DNA of 64,000 bases. Source: Azolla caroliniana. Its lineage: Eukaryota > Plantae > Polypodiophyta. The stretch covers positions 15,314,001 to 15,378,000 of the forward strand of contig JBHGNT010000011.1 in the NCBI GenBank assembly GCA_043228905.1, given 5' to 3'. Position numbers and translations under genes: made by a program. The notes under the pieces are model-generated. The model saw nothing but the letters and a program-made list of their open reading frames with translations. It was not told where the DNA came from and ran no database searches. Each line of letters begins with the position of its first letter. Positions within the stretch are counted from its first letter, which is position 1. Positions 13,171 to 25,368 of this stretch are shown in pieces.

Positions 13171-13781
13171 TGTGCCATCTTTAGATTTGAACCCAAGTCC
13201 AAACATGAAGTAAGTGGAAGAGTTATTTACAAATGTGTGCATGTGCGTGTGATGGTCATACATAATGATGAGAATCTCCATTGGGTTTCTTTAAAGCCCC
13301 TAACTATCATGTAACCATTCATATAGCTAATGTTATATCAATATGTATTTATTGGGGCAATCCATAATACCTTGGTATTCAAACTTTTTTGCATAGTGGT
13401 TACATGCGCCACATCATTAATTTGTGGTAATACAATCAATAATTAATTCATCATCTTTCAATGGTGTGATTGTGCCATCTGTGTAGATTTGAACCCAAGT
13501 CCAAACAATGAAGTGGAAGAGTTATTTACCAATGGGTGCATATGTGCATTCTGATGGTTATAATGATAGGAATCTTCCTCCTCCATTGAGGTTTTTTCTT
13601 TAATGCCCTAACTGTCATGTAACCATTCATTCATAGCTAATGTTTATATGTAAATTTATTGGGGCAATCTATAATACCTTGGGGTATTCAAACTTTACAT
13701 GGTACTTTTACATGCACCACATCATTAATTTGTGGTAATTTACAATCAATCATCAATTCACAATCTTTCAACGGTGTGATT
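13170..13781. repeat. Diverged tandem duplication, about 300-bp unit x2
   Basis: TGTGCCATCT...TAGATTTGAACCCAAGTCCAAACA at about 13171 and 13471; both copies end in ...ATCTTTCAAYGGTGTGATT. Confidence 0.88.
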
Positions 13782-14130
13782 ATGATGAGGGCTTTCATCA
13801 GACGCCTACATGATACATCCAAACTCCTGTGACCTCTTCTAATACATAGAATTTCGGCACTGAGTTGAAATTTCGGCACTGATTCTCGCCAATCTGAGAC
13901 ATCAAGAAGAATGAATGTTGCCCCCGGGACTAGCTTTCCGATCCAAGGAGGCAAGTTGATGTTTTTAGGGTTCCATAAAGCTTATGGAACCTTAATATAT
14001 TTATAATACAACAACTACAGATGCATTTGTTTGGAAGGCAGATGCAATCGGAAGGTTCGGTATGTGGATGGATGTGCAGTAATTTACAAATGAATGCACT
14101 GACTGCAAAGCAAGGCAATCGATGAACGAA

Positions 14131-14295
14131 CTACTTGGTTTTATGAGAGGGAAATCTAGCAGAACTAGAAAGGGATTTCCAGGAGGATTTTGACGAAGAA
14201 GAAGAAGAAGAGACAGAAGGGAGGCGGATGTAGGAATCAGATTTGCGACGATGATGTCGGAGGGCACGATAAGCCATCGGAATCAATCCTTCCAT
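14131..14295 (-). CDS. Small conserved plant protein of the uncharacterised 'MEGLIP/MEGLLP' type, 54 aa (in-frame ATG at 14508 would give 125 aa)
   Basis: MEGLIPMAYRALRHHRRKSDSYIRLPS matches, from recall, the MEGL(I/L)PxxYRAx(K/R)...Y..LS pattern of small intronless plant proteins. TATAAA at 14597-14592 and a CT-rich leader lie upstream. Confidence 0.6.
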   Translation of the reverse strand: MEGLIPMAYRALRHHRRKSDSYIRLPSVSSSSSSSKSSWKSLSSSARFPSHKTK

Positions 14296-14591
14296 TGAAT
14301 TCAGGGACGGAACGTGAGGGATGGAGAGATTCAGAAGAGGCAGAGATTTCCGTCTGGTTTTCAAGAGATTATTATTATTGGAGGAGAAAGAGGGGAGGAG
14401 GTTCAGCGAATCAAGCAGATGATGGTTAAGAGAGATTTTGGGGGAGGGTTTCTGAGAGGATCGGAGAGGTTGTGAAGGATCGATGTAAATCTGCAGAGAT
14501 TGGATCATGAGAGAGGACGAGGGAGGGCATAAATGGGAAGGAAGAGAGAGAAGAAAAGAGAACGAGATTTTAATTTTTCGAGAAGTTCTTC

Positions 14592-14597
14592 TTTATA
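14592..14597 (-). promoter_or_regulatory. Candidate TATA box for the small ORF
   Basis: TATAAA on the minus strand followed by a pyrimidine-rich leader. Confidence 0.35.
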
Positions 14598-14610
14598 CAT
14601 ATTGGTGGGC

Positions 14611-14678
14611 GTATGTAAATGTATGTATCTATTTAGGCAATGTATGTATGTATCTTATGTATGTATGTGTGTTATGTA

Positions 14679-14729
<51 letters not shown>

Positions 14730-15046
14730 TGTTTATGTTGTGTGTGTTATGTAACATGTTTAATGTATGTGTGTTATGTGTGTATGTATGTGTGTGTTAT
14801 GTTTCATGTATGTATGTTATGTATGTTATGTATGTTATGTATGTGTATAGTATGTATGGTGTGCATGTATGTATGTGTATAGTATGTATGGTATGCATGT
14901 ATGTACTATGTACTATGTATGTAAGTTTATAGTATGTACTATGCATGGTATGCATGTATGTACTATGTACTATGTATGTATGTGTATAGTATGTATGGTA
15001 TGCATGTATGTACGCATGTTTGTGTGTGTGTGCATGTGTGTGTGAG
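14611..15046. repeat. Compound microsatellite (TATG)n/(TG)n/(GA)n
   Basis: Directly visible simple repeats. Confidence 0.95.
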
Positions 15047-16953
15047 AGGATCTCCACGCCATCCACAACGCATGTCGATCTTGGCATGTAGATGTTGTGG
15101 AAGGCTTCGATTTCAATGGGGGTCGCAATCCACATGATCGTGGGAAGACAATCCACATAATCGTGGCTCTTCCCACACTCCAATGACTTAAATGTATCGC
15201 GCGGAGAAAATTGAGTGCCTCGCTTCAATTCAAGGCTCCCCCAAAAAATCCTCTTTGGCTCCTACTTTTCGTCTTGTCCTTTTACTTCAAGATGTAGATG
15301 GGGTTCAAGGCGACCGCTCTCTATCTGACATGTGCAAAAATTGTGTGGGTGAAAACCTCATCCGATTTCGTCGGTGCCTATCAAACAACTTCTTGGACAG
15401 ATTACTACGGCTACGTCTATTGAGGAATCAAATGGCGACCTTGAATTTATAGCACTAGAAAGGCCGGTGATATCACACATGGAATCCCCCGAGCCCATAC
15501 TTATTGTCTATGTGTGCTTCATAATGGAATTAATTGTTTGCCCCTCGGGACCTATCACTATCTTTTATGGGTAATGGGTTGTTTTATATTGACACAAAGG
15601 AATCAATTTTAGGCCCAATTGTTTATGGTGAACACTTGAATGTAAAAAAAGAAATAGAAATACAATGATTGGGTTCACCATTGATGGATGACTAGGTGGA
15701 CAACAAGACAAATCTTGACATTATGACTGGTTTTAGGTGAGTTCAAAACCCGGCTCTTTTCCAACGACTCCAATTTTCATTGTATGTTCACAATTATGAC
15801 AATCTTCACATGCTATACTCAAGTAAATGTCGTGTCTTTTAAATAAATCTAATGCTTGGTATGATACTTCCTCAAGGATACGTGGAATAAGGCCTTCACA
15901 TGCAAAGCCAACTTTGAATTTATTTGATAGTCTTCTCAACCAAGCCTCCACTCATGATGCTTACAATGCACTTTGATTTTTGGGATGTTATGGATGGGTC
16001 AAGCATGAGATTTCAATGGCGTTAAGAGAAAAATGTTCTCATAATGTTTCCATTTTGAAAAGTTAATCTCAAGTGTTCTTTTGCCAACATTCTAAAGCCC
16101 AATTAAGATTAGCATGTTTTTTGCATGGATTAAAAAGATTGAATCAATGGGTGACTTCAAAGAAAGAGAATTCTTATAGTTATGAGTTTTTAAAAAAAAA
16201 ATTCTTACCTTCAAATATAAGTGTTTGTTCCTTATATACAAATATTCAATATTTGGGGCGTAGAATGAAAGATTATCTAATGATAAGTTACTTGCATCTT
16301 GTAGTGACTTTTGCAATTGTAAATTCTAAGCATTTATAATTTTTGGGCCAATGTTGATACTTCTAATATAAGTTGGTATTAGCTACTAAAAGTTGATGTA
16401 GTCTATCTTTTCATTGGTAGTATAAGATGTTTGTAGTTGGTATAAGGGGCCTTTTAGCTATTAGTTGGTATTCGCTAATCACAATTGGTAGTAGTTGTAT
16501 GTTAATTTTCTATTATTAGATTTTGGAAGAAATCAATGATCTACCATGGGTAGTAGATATCTACAAATCTCTTGTAGATAAGAGTTCCAAGCATCTTTGA
16601 TAACAGTAATCCATGACTCAATCTAAAAGGTTTAAAATTATGGTGAAGCAACGTCTCATAATGTGACACTTTAATTGTCTCTAGATCTCTCTTTTTAAAA
16701 ATTTGGCACGTCCTATCTTCTTAGCTTATACCTCTCTTATCCTATGATACCCCCAACAATCTCCCATGTAATGTGCATGAAGGATGTTACTCAAGCTAAG
16801 GCCATCTTAGCTCAAGTGAGAATGAGAATAGCTCAAGTGAGAATGAGAAGTTGTGTCAAGTTGGCATAATCGATACATGATATAAAATCATTGAAAAAGA
16901 GAAAGAGGGAGACTATTGTGGAGTTAATACTTAAGGCATATTGCAAACTCGAT

Positions 16954-17418
16954 TGCAAATGTTGTAGTGATGACACATGGTTTGACGGGAAAAAAAGTGA
17001 TACCGTTGAATCCACAAATAGAGACGAATAAACCTCAAATATGGCAATTGGTAAGTAGTATTACAATTTGGTATATTTGGAAGGCTCGATGTTTGAAGGT
17101 ATTTCAAAATGTGACTGAAAGACCTACCCAAATAAATTATGGGATTTGGACAGAGATTGTGCATAATCCCAAAGGTTTGTTGGATAGTATAAAAGGTAAT
17201 ACGCAACAAGTAGAGCTTAAGCGATTGGATTTCCATGCCATTTGGGACATAGGTATATTTTATAGACGGTTGTTTAATAAGGTGGAGTGGTTTTACTCGA
17301 CACCAACGTATTTATTTAAGCTAATGGGTAGAATTTAGAAAAAAAGGTATTTGTGGCATATCTTGTATGTATAGCCTTACAACGTTTTATAATACGAATG
17401 ATCTTTTTTGGAAAAAAA
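16954..17418 (+). mobile_element. 5'-truncated LINE (L1-like) 3' end
   Basis: ORF2 C-terminal motif IWQLVSSITIWYIWKARCLKVFQ, a poly(A) at 17412-17421, and a candidate 9-bp TSD AAACTCGAT at 16945-16953 and 17419-17427. Confidence 0.8.
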
Positions 17419-19450
17419 AAACTCGATAAAAGTCAGAAAGTTGAAGAATGCATTATTCTCCATTATGTCAAGTCTACCATTCATAACTTACCAATGATGG
17501 GTTCATTCGACAAAATAGGAACTTGGAAGAAAACATACACAAACAAGTGAAGTTCAATTTGGCATAGGAGTGATTAGGGCTTTTGCTAAGTACTAAAGAA
17601 TAAGATCATAGATGCTTCAATAATCATAAACGAGAAATTTTCTTTTTATTGAATTACCATGACTCCATAAAGGTAGCTTACACATGAGGCTAGTTGTATT
17701 CATTCCTTGAGTGAATAAATATTAAAAACTAATGTGGGATCAAGGAAAACCTATTCATGAGGTTTACAATGCAACAATTATGTCTCGAACGATTATGGTG
17801 AACAAGGCAAAACTATGACATTGAATGATATTAATATAATCAATTATTAGGGAAGCAAAAATATTAATAATAATGATGATTATGATCTATGCAAAGTAGT
17901 CCATTTTTCAAATTTTTTGATAACATCAAGCAATCTCTTATGTTGCTAGTGGTGATGTCATCATCATATCCTATGTCAAGTACTATTATCCTCTCTACTC
18001 ATTGGAGATTTCATGTAGTCACTTACAAAGCCTCCTTACTCTTATATCTTATCAAAAGGCACTATTTCACTACCCCATATTAAATCATCCTTTCATGTAT
18101 CAATGCACATGGCATCTAAAATGTCTTTATCTATAGGTATAAATAGGTATATAAATAGAGATAGGTGTACTTAGAGCTTTTGGACATGAGCATTAACAAG
18201 GTTAAGGTGCTAGAATCTCATCAACTAGTGCTTGCAATCCTCATTAAGTAAAATTTCATAACAAAATGTTAATGTCTCATTTAAAAAAGATGAATGTTTA
18301 AGTCCCATGCTCTTCTTTCCATTGTGGTGAATGATTTTCTAATTGAATTGAGGATCCAAAGCTCTACTACACTTTCTTTCTTTGGTCCATTTTAGGATGT
18401 TACATGACAACTACTACACATGATATAACAAGGCTTTTGAGGATAATTGGTTCCTACCCAATAAAAAGCAAGACATCAAAAGATTGGATGGGGATTGTGT
18501 CAATAGGATGTGTATGTGATGAAGCCATGCACACTTCATCAAACAAAGTTGTCTATATTTGCAAATTGGAGAGAGATAATACATTAACCCTAGACATCGT
18601 AGAAACTAAATTAGAAATTCTTATTATTAAATATTTGCAAACACTCATGCTAATTGGAGAATTCTTTGAAATCAATGGTGTCAAGTTTCATTACTTTTAT
18701 GGCTACAATTGTGTCATCTAGTAACAATTCTAGAAATGCTTATAATTACAATGGATCTAAATGGCAGAGAAAAGGAAATTTGGTAACACATGTATACGCC
18801 TCTCTTCCAAATAATTGTGCTATAGCATGTTAGCTTCAAACCCCTCATCCATATGCAATACTAATGTAGCTTGACATGCACACAAGGAACACAATTATCT
18901 CATCCAAGTAACTTTAAATGTTTAACCTAAGTAGCCATAAATACCTAATCAAATTGAACATTCAGTGTACAAAGTTTCTAAAAGAAAGCTTTTATTACAC
19001 CATTTTCCATGTAAATATATGCCTAGAAAGTTTAGGATGCACCCAATAAAGCTTTCAGATTGAAACATTTGAATTTCTCTAATAACCCAAATTTGAATTT
19101 CTTTGATTGCCCAAATTTTGAAGTATGCCTCTGAAGTTCTAGGTGTATTGTATTTCATCAATATAATGCTGAGACACATGATTACCAAGAGTAAGAACAT
19201 ATAATTATGTAGGAAAAATTAGGAAGAGCCAAACAGTTGTTGTGCCTTCCAAAAATGTTACTTTTTACACTCGGGATGCCCCCAATCTTTGTTGCCATAA
19301 ATGCAAAGCAGACCCCCCTACATCAATGTCCCATCGCTAATGAATCAATAAAATCATTCATAAAGCTAGATGGTTGAATTCGTCTTTCAATCCCGGTGTA
19401 TTTGGCTCTAGGGTTTATTGTTGGAGATTCAGGATTTGGGATTATGCTTA

Positions 19451-19581
19451 CTTAGGCTTTGGGGAAAGGGTAAAGATAGGAATAGGAGTTAAGTGTTGGG
19501 TTAGGGTTAGGGTTAGGGTTAGGTAGGATTAGGGTTGGATCAAGGCTAGAGTTAGAGCTTAGGGTTTGGGGTTTGGGGTTC
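19451..19581 (+). repeat. Interstitial telomere-like G-rich array with a (TTAGGG)3 core
   Basis: TTAGGGTTAGGGTTAGGGTTAGG at 19501-19523, flanked by degenerate TTAGG/TTTGGGG units. Confidence 0.8.
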
Positions 19582-19610
19582 AACGATCTCTATATATACT
19601 CATGCACCCC

Positions 19611-22600
19611 CTATATTAGGCTTCCATTACTCATTCCAGAATCTTCAGACAATTCCCAACTAAAAAGATCCAGCATTTTACTCCGGAAGCACCTCTCATC
19701 TTGAGATATTGAATCCTTCTTACAAAAACACTGTGGCCAAGGATTACTGTAGAATGATTCTCGAGCTCCACGGTTATGTAGATCCCCAAACTGAGAACCT
19801 TGAAATAACCATTTCAACTTGGCTTCAAAGTTTCTCGGATTTCTGGGACCAAGAACCTTCAAATTAAGCTGAATGCTTGTTCTAAAACCATTGTATAAAC
19901 GATGACCGATCAAACTAATACCAAAGTCTTCATACGTGGGCATAAAAATGTCAGCCATGAGGCAAACCATATAATCTATAGCAGCTCCAAGTAAAGTCTT
20001 CTCACTTGTATTGATTTCCACTAACCCATCAACAGCAGTGACTATCGACGAACGAGTTTCGAGAAGACGAAACTTTGAACGTAGCGTTTGCATAAATGTT
20101 TCTTCCCTGAAAATGACTCCTCCTGCAACATAGATCATCGTTGAGTTGCTAAAACCCATCGATTGCAAGATAAGTCCAACCTGCAACGTAATTATAAGCA
20201 AACCCACAAAATGAGCTAATAATGTCAAGAACCCAAAACACATATCAACCATGAAAAGAGCACATCTTGAATGCTGATCAACACACCTCGTGTTCATTGA
20301 GGGAAAAACAAAATTACAATTCCAATTAACCGAAGCCTAATCAACATTTTGTTTATTTGTGTTTCTTATATTGCTACTGTGACACTTTAGTATTGGGATG
20401 AGATACGAGCACAAAAGAATTTTAAAATACAACAAATTCATTGAAGTGCAATTTCATATATTCCTTAAGAAATTTTACAGTGCAGACTACTATATCTAAT
20501 CTCTCTACTTTCTATCCAACGATGAAGAAAGTGGGCACTATCACATAGATTTTGGAAAAAACATCAAGATATAAACAGAAATACCTCCCGTGGAGTGAGA
20601 GGGCATCTCCTATTCGATTTCCCATAAGCACGCGGCATTTTCAAGTTGTTTTCATAATTCTTTAATATCTCTTGTTCCTGAGATGTAAATACTGACAAGC
20701 ACCTGCTGATGACTAAAAAATTATTCTCTAGCATTTATTATATCTCAATGCATGTGATGGTTTATATGTACATTCATGTGAGGAAACTTGATTATTTCCA
20801 AGAAAACATGATTTATCATCATGTTAATCTCAATTTAATTTCCAAAACCCCGAAATGGATATGCAAGCCATTTACACGCACCCTTCTGAAGAAAGTATTT
20901 CCATGTCTGACGGGAAATGTATTGCCATGAAGGAACCATTTGAACGAAGATGAGTGACAATTCGAGAGCTAAGCTGCCTCACTTCTTCATTGAATCTTAG
21001 CGCATGAAAATTCACACGGCACCTCAATTTTTGGTATTGCCTTTCTATGGGAACATCTTCTGATAATTGATTTGATACATCCATCATGAGATATATTGCA
21101 CCATGTTCCTTCATTTTCTCAACCGCCACAGTTTGATACCAATCTAGGGATGCGTCCTTAGGGGGTTGTAACTGCAAAGTATGATCAAATAATAAATACA
21201 TGTCCAAAACTCCTTTCTAAGGACATCACATTGAAAGTACCTGGAAAGGTCTGAGTGGTTTCCTCTTATACCCAACTGTACGAATACGGGGTGATGTCCT
21301 CGCAATCTCTACATCATTCTCGAGAGATTTAATAAAGTGCTCGACATCGTAAATATCTGAAAAGCTACTGTAACAAAGGAATACCATCAATTGTAAGAAT
21401 AATATTTTTGAAACAAAAAGCAACATGAGTTACATCATACCATGGAAACATTCAAGAACATACATAACCTCTTGTCATCAGGCCATAGTGTGTTTGTATC
21501 CAGCTCAGGAAGAACAAGTGTAGCATTCATTATCTTAGCTGTAAGCACAGCATTAGATATCTGTACACCAAAATCAAATATCAGATTATAGGGCTCATAT
21601 CAGTCTTGTTTGTGTGCAATACAACATCTACTAAAAATGTTAATCCAAGCACTATTCAAAACAAAATTTAGACACATACAGCTATTCTGTGCTCATTGAG
21701 TCCTCCATTACAACGAACGAGCAGAAAACCATTATTTTCGCTTGATGGCACTGCAAGTTAAAAGAATTTCATACTTCAAGTTATTTGATCAGGATTAGCA
21801 TCAGTTAATTACTTGAAAGAAATTTTCAATATATATTATGAATATGACTGCTTATTCATACATATCCATTCATCTTCAGCTATAGACGATGGACGCCACC
21901 CATTTGAAGGACGACTTTCCCAAAGCTCTTTGGTATCTATCTACAAATAAATAAATAAATATTTAACCACAAGTATAACTTCATCACATATTGTAAAAGA
22001 ATATGTGCTCAAAATGTTTAATTTCTATCCATGAATTAGTAAACAGTTGAAAGGTTTACACACAAACAATGCTTACTCAGTGGAATATGTAGGTCCTTTA
22101 TAAGATGGCATCAAACAAAGAAATGTCATGTAACCTTGTTCATCACCCTTCTTTATTTTCACTTTATATTTTTCTTTTTAACTATCCACTCATATGTTTT
22201 TTTCCTTTTCATATAGCCACACTCTCTTGTATCAATATATTGGTTCACTTTTTTTGCATGAAATGTCTTGTTACAAGACGATTTGATCCATTGCATATTA
22301 ACTCTGTCCTCGCTGCTTTTGCTATGCGATGTACATCGACATAGAGATGTGGGTAAAGAGGTATATGAGAAATCAAACATGATGACCATAAATTAATCTA
22401 TTTACCATCCAAACCAAACTTTCACATCAATGAAATCCAACTGCATCATTTAATAGTAGATGAAGCTTTATTCACATGTATGTTGCCTTCTTGCTCCATT
22501 GTCATTCTGATTGCATTTCCTGTAGTACTATATGCCACCTTCTTGGCTACTCTCTTTTTTGTTTTCTGTATTAGGGTCGTACTCTATTAGTAAGTTACTA

Positions 22601-24101
22601 ACCCCTGCATTCAGATCCAAATCTCACTATATGTACTACTTTACTAGACACACCAAGAAGTTCCTCAGGCATTCCTAAAAAACTCAGTTTTGACAGTACG
22701 TTCGTTCACCTTTTAGCTTCATAATTTTCTCAGTTTCTGAGAAACCCAATTTGACAATAACATATTTGTATTCACATTCTTTAGCTTTTTATTTTCAGAA
22801 GGTCTTTGGTTCATATAATCATTCCTCAGAAAATCCATCTCTATCCTCTAGAATAAGCATTCATTAAAAACTCACTTTGACAAAGATATACAGTATTCAC
22901 TAAAAGAATTTCAGATGCTTTCTAATTTATATAAGCATTCCTCAAAACCCCCAACTCTGGCAGTGATATATTTTATTTGCTTTCCAGTTTCTTAATTTTC
23001 AGAAATTCTTTGGTTTATATAAGCATTTATCCAGCCCCCCCCCCATGTTACACATACTTTCTTCACCTTTTGGGTTCTTCATTTTCAGAAATATCTCAGC
23101 ATTCCTCAAAATGTAATCACTTCAATCTATCTCCTTTTAACCCTTTCTGTTCTCACTGAGTCACAAGATATATTACCTCCACATTGAGATTGGAAGCTAT
23201 ATAATAAGTGATCCTAAATAAACCATCATCTACAGTAAACATTCCTTAAAAGACTGGCTTTGATCCATCTCTTTACAATGTATATACCTTCAGATTGAGA
23301 AGTTGGTGATGTAGGCATAAGTATGTATCAACAGCCCATCTCTGATATAAGGTTTCTTCAAAGGTCAAGCATATTGATCCATCTCATGTTAATTTTTTCT
23401 ACTGTCAGAGATTCTCTTACAAGATATTAATGTAGGTAATGCATCCTCAAAATATCCCTTTAACCCGTCGCCTTTAACTCTTTCTACTCTCACTAATTCA
23501 CTACAACGTTATCATTAGTCCTTGAAAACCATACCATACTTTATTCACTTTTTGGTTTTTTACGTATGTGTGATATGTATGTGTATATAAATCCTTAAAG
23601 AATAACATCTGATTCACTTCCTCTGCTTCTTACTTTTCCAAAACATTTCTGTAAAAAGGTATTAATTCCTGAAAAAACTCCACATTTTGATCCATCTCAC
23701 TTTACATCTTTCTATCCTCTCTACTTTCATTACAATTATGTGGGCAAATGCACCACGAAGTATTTAAAAAACAAAACGGGACAAGTAAATATGAATCAAT
23801 TCAATAAGTAAACTGTAATGATAAATAAGGGACAATAAAATAATGAGTTAAAATCTAGCTAAAAAGAAAAAAAAAACAAATAATGGACGGTAGTAAGTAC
23901 CTGAGGAACAGATAACAATCTAATGTCTTCAAGAATGCGAGAGATGAGAGAGACTGAAATCCAACAAAGCAATACAATGGCAGAAAAGACAGAGAATATT
24001 CCAAGGCTGTTGAAGAAGCCATGGAAGCTATGCTTCATCAGCGGGCGTGAATTACTATGACCTCGTCTCTCTACACGTGAATTACTGTGACCCATCACCA
24101 T
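19611..24101 (-). CDS. O-fucosyltransferase-family (GT106 / O-FucT) type II membrane protein, At1g04910-like; 8 exons (24101-23901, 21940-21862, 21750-21680, 21560-21469, 21367-21241, 21171-20882, 20702-20585, 20180-19611), about 515 aa
   Basis: Exon lengths sum to 1548 nt with no internal stop. Contains an N-terminal TM helix and the motifs RCNGGLN, AKIMNATLVLPEL, FSDIYDVEHFI, YQKLRCRVNFHALRF, RCPLTPREVGLIL, AIDYMVCLMADIFMPTY, LIGHR and ESFYSNPWPQCFC. Confidence 0.9.
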
Positions 24102-24394
24102 GCATCTGGAAAGAAGAAGAAGGAAAAAGGAAAGGGAAGAAGATATATACTGTATGAATGGATGAATGTATGTATGCATGCTTAATATGTATCTATGTAT
24201 GTAAATGTATGTATGCATTACCTTGGCATGATCTTGTTGTTAAATGGATATATGATTTTATGGTTCAATTGCAGAGAAGCAAACTCTGATCTGTATGCTC
24301 TCCTTCCTACTTGTGTTGGTGTTACTTTAGGATTAGATCAAGCAGAGCATTGTTTGAAGATTCATTCACCTTTTTTGTTGGCAATAATACACAA

Positions 24395-24731
24395 TATATA
24401 TAGGTATATTGGAGGATAAATATATATATACATATTTTTGTAGGATATACATATTGATATATATACGTACATGTATAGGTCACATACATATCCTTTACTT
24501 TTGAGGTTCACCCATACCCTGCATACATACATACATATATGATATATATATGTACATATTTTGTAGGATATACATATATACATATATATATATGTATATA
24601 TTACAGATATATATATGTATATATATGTACATATGTATATATATATGTACATGTATAGGTCACATACACATCCTTTACTTTGGAGGCTCTTTTTTGAGGT
24701 TCACCCATAACCTTCATACATATGTATATAA
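24395..24731. repeat. (TA)n/(TATG)n low-complexity tract with a short internal duplication
   Basis: CATGTATAGGTCACATAC...CCTTTACTTT occurs at about 24470 and 24650, embedded in TA repeats. Confidence 0.85.
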
Positions 24732-24974
24732 AGATCTTGGAAAGATAGTGGGCCATGATGATCATAATGCCTTGATAATGTCCTCGGAATGCCCAACTGA
24801 GTGTGGACTCGTCTTCTTCTTCTTTTTGTTCCCCCTTATGATGATGATGATCTCTCTCTCTCTCTCTCTCTCTTTTTATCGTAATTACCTTACCCTAGTG
24901 GTACGTTATTTGCACTACAAGCATTGCATTGTGGGTTTGAAACCCAACTTCCTCACCTCTCTATTATATACTTC

Positions 24975-25018
<44 letters not shown>

Positions 25019-25368
25019 TTTTTGCACTCAAAATCATCTTCAATTCGGGTCCGCTCTCTATGTGTCGATCTCGCGGTCCAGGTGTCCCCATAGATAGCAT
25101 CTCCCTCCTGTCATCACCCAATCAATGAATGCTCTCTTGTGTTCGAGGCTATACATTGCCACCTTAAGTCCCAAAATGCTCCTTTTTTGTTCATTCGCCC
25201 TCGTGGTATTGACCAAACTTTGTATGTAGTATATTTGCTACCTTACTGTCAAGCCACATATTTCTTATAAGAGTGTCAAGCCAGCTTGTTATTATGTCTA
25301 GCAATTTCAACCAACATACTACAATGTTTCAACTTCTGAGATAAAATCCATGACATAAAAAAGCCCTT

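Noticed and set aside
14507-15228. Long ORFs rich in M/Y/V/C or H/T/Y
   Set aside because: Translations of (TATG)n/(TG)n microsatellites.
19451-19581. A true chromosome end
   Set aside because: Short, degenerate and internal, with genes on both sides.
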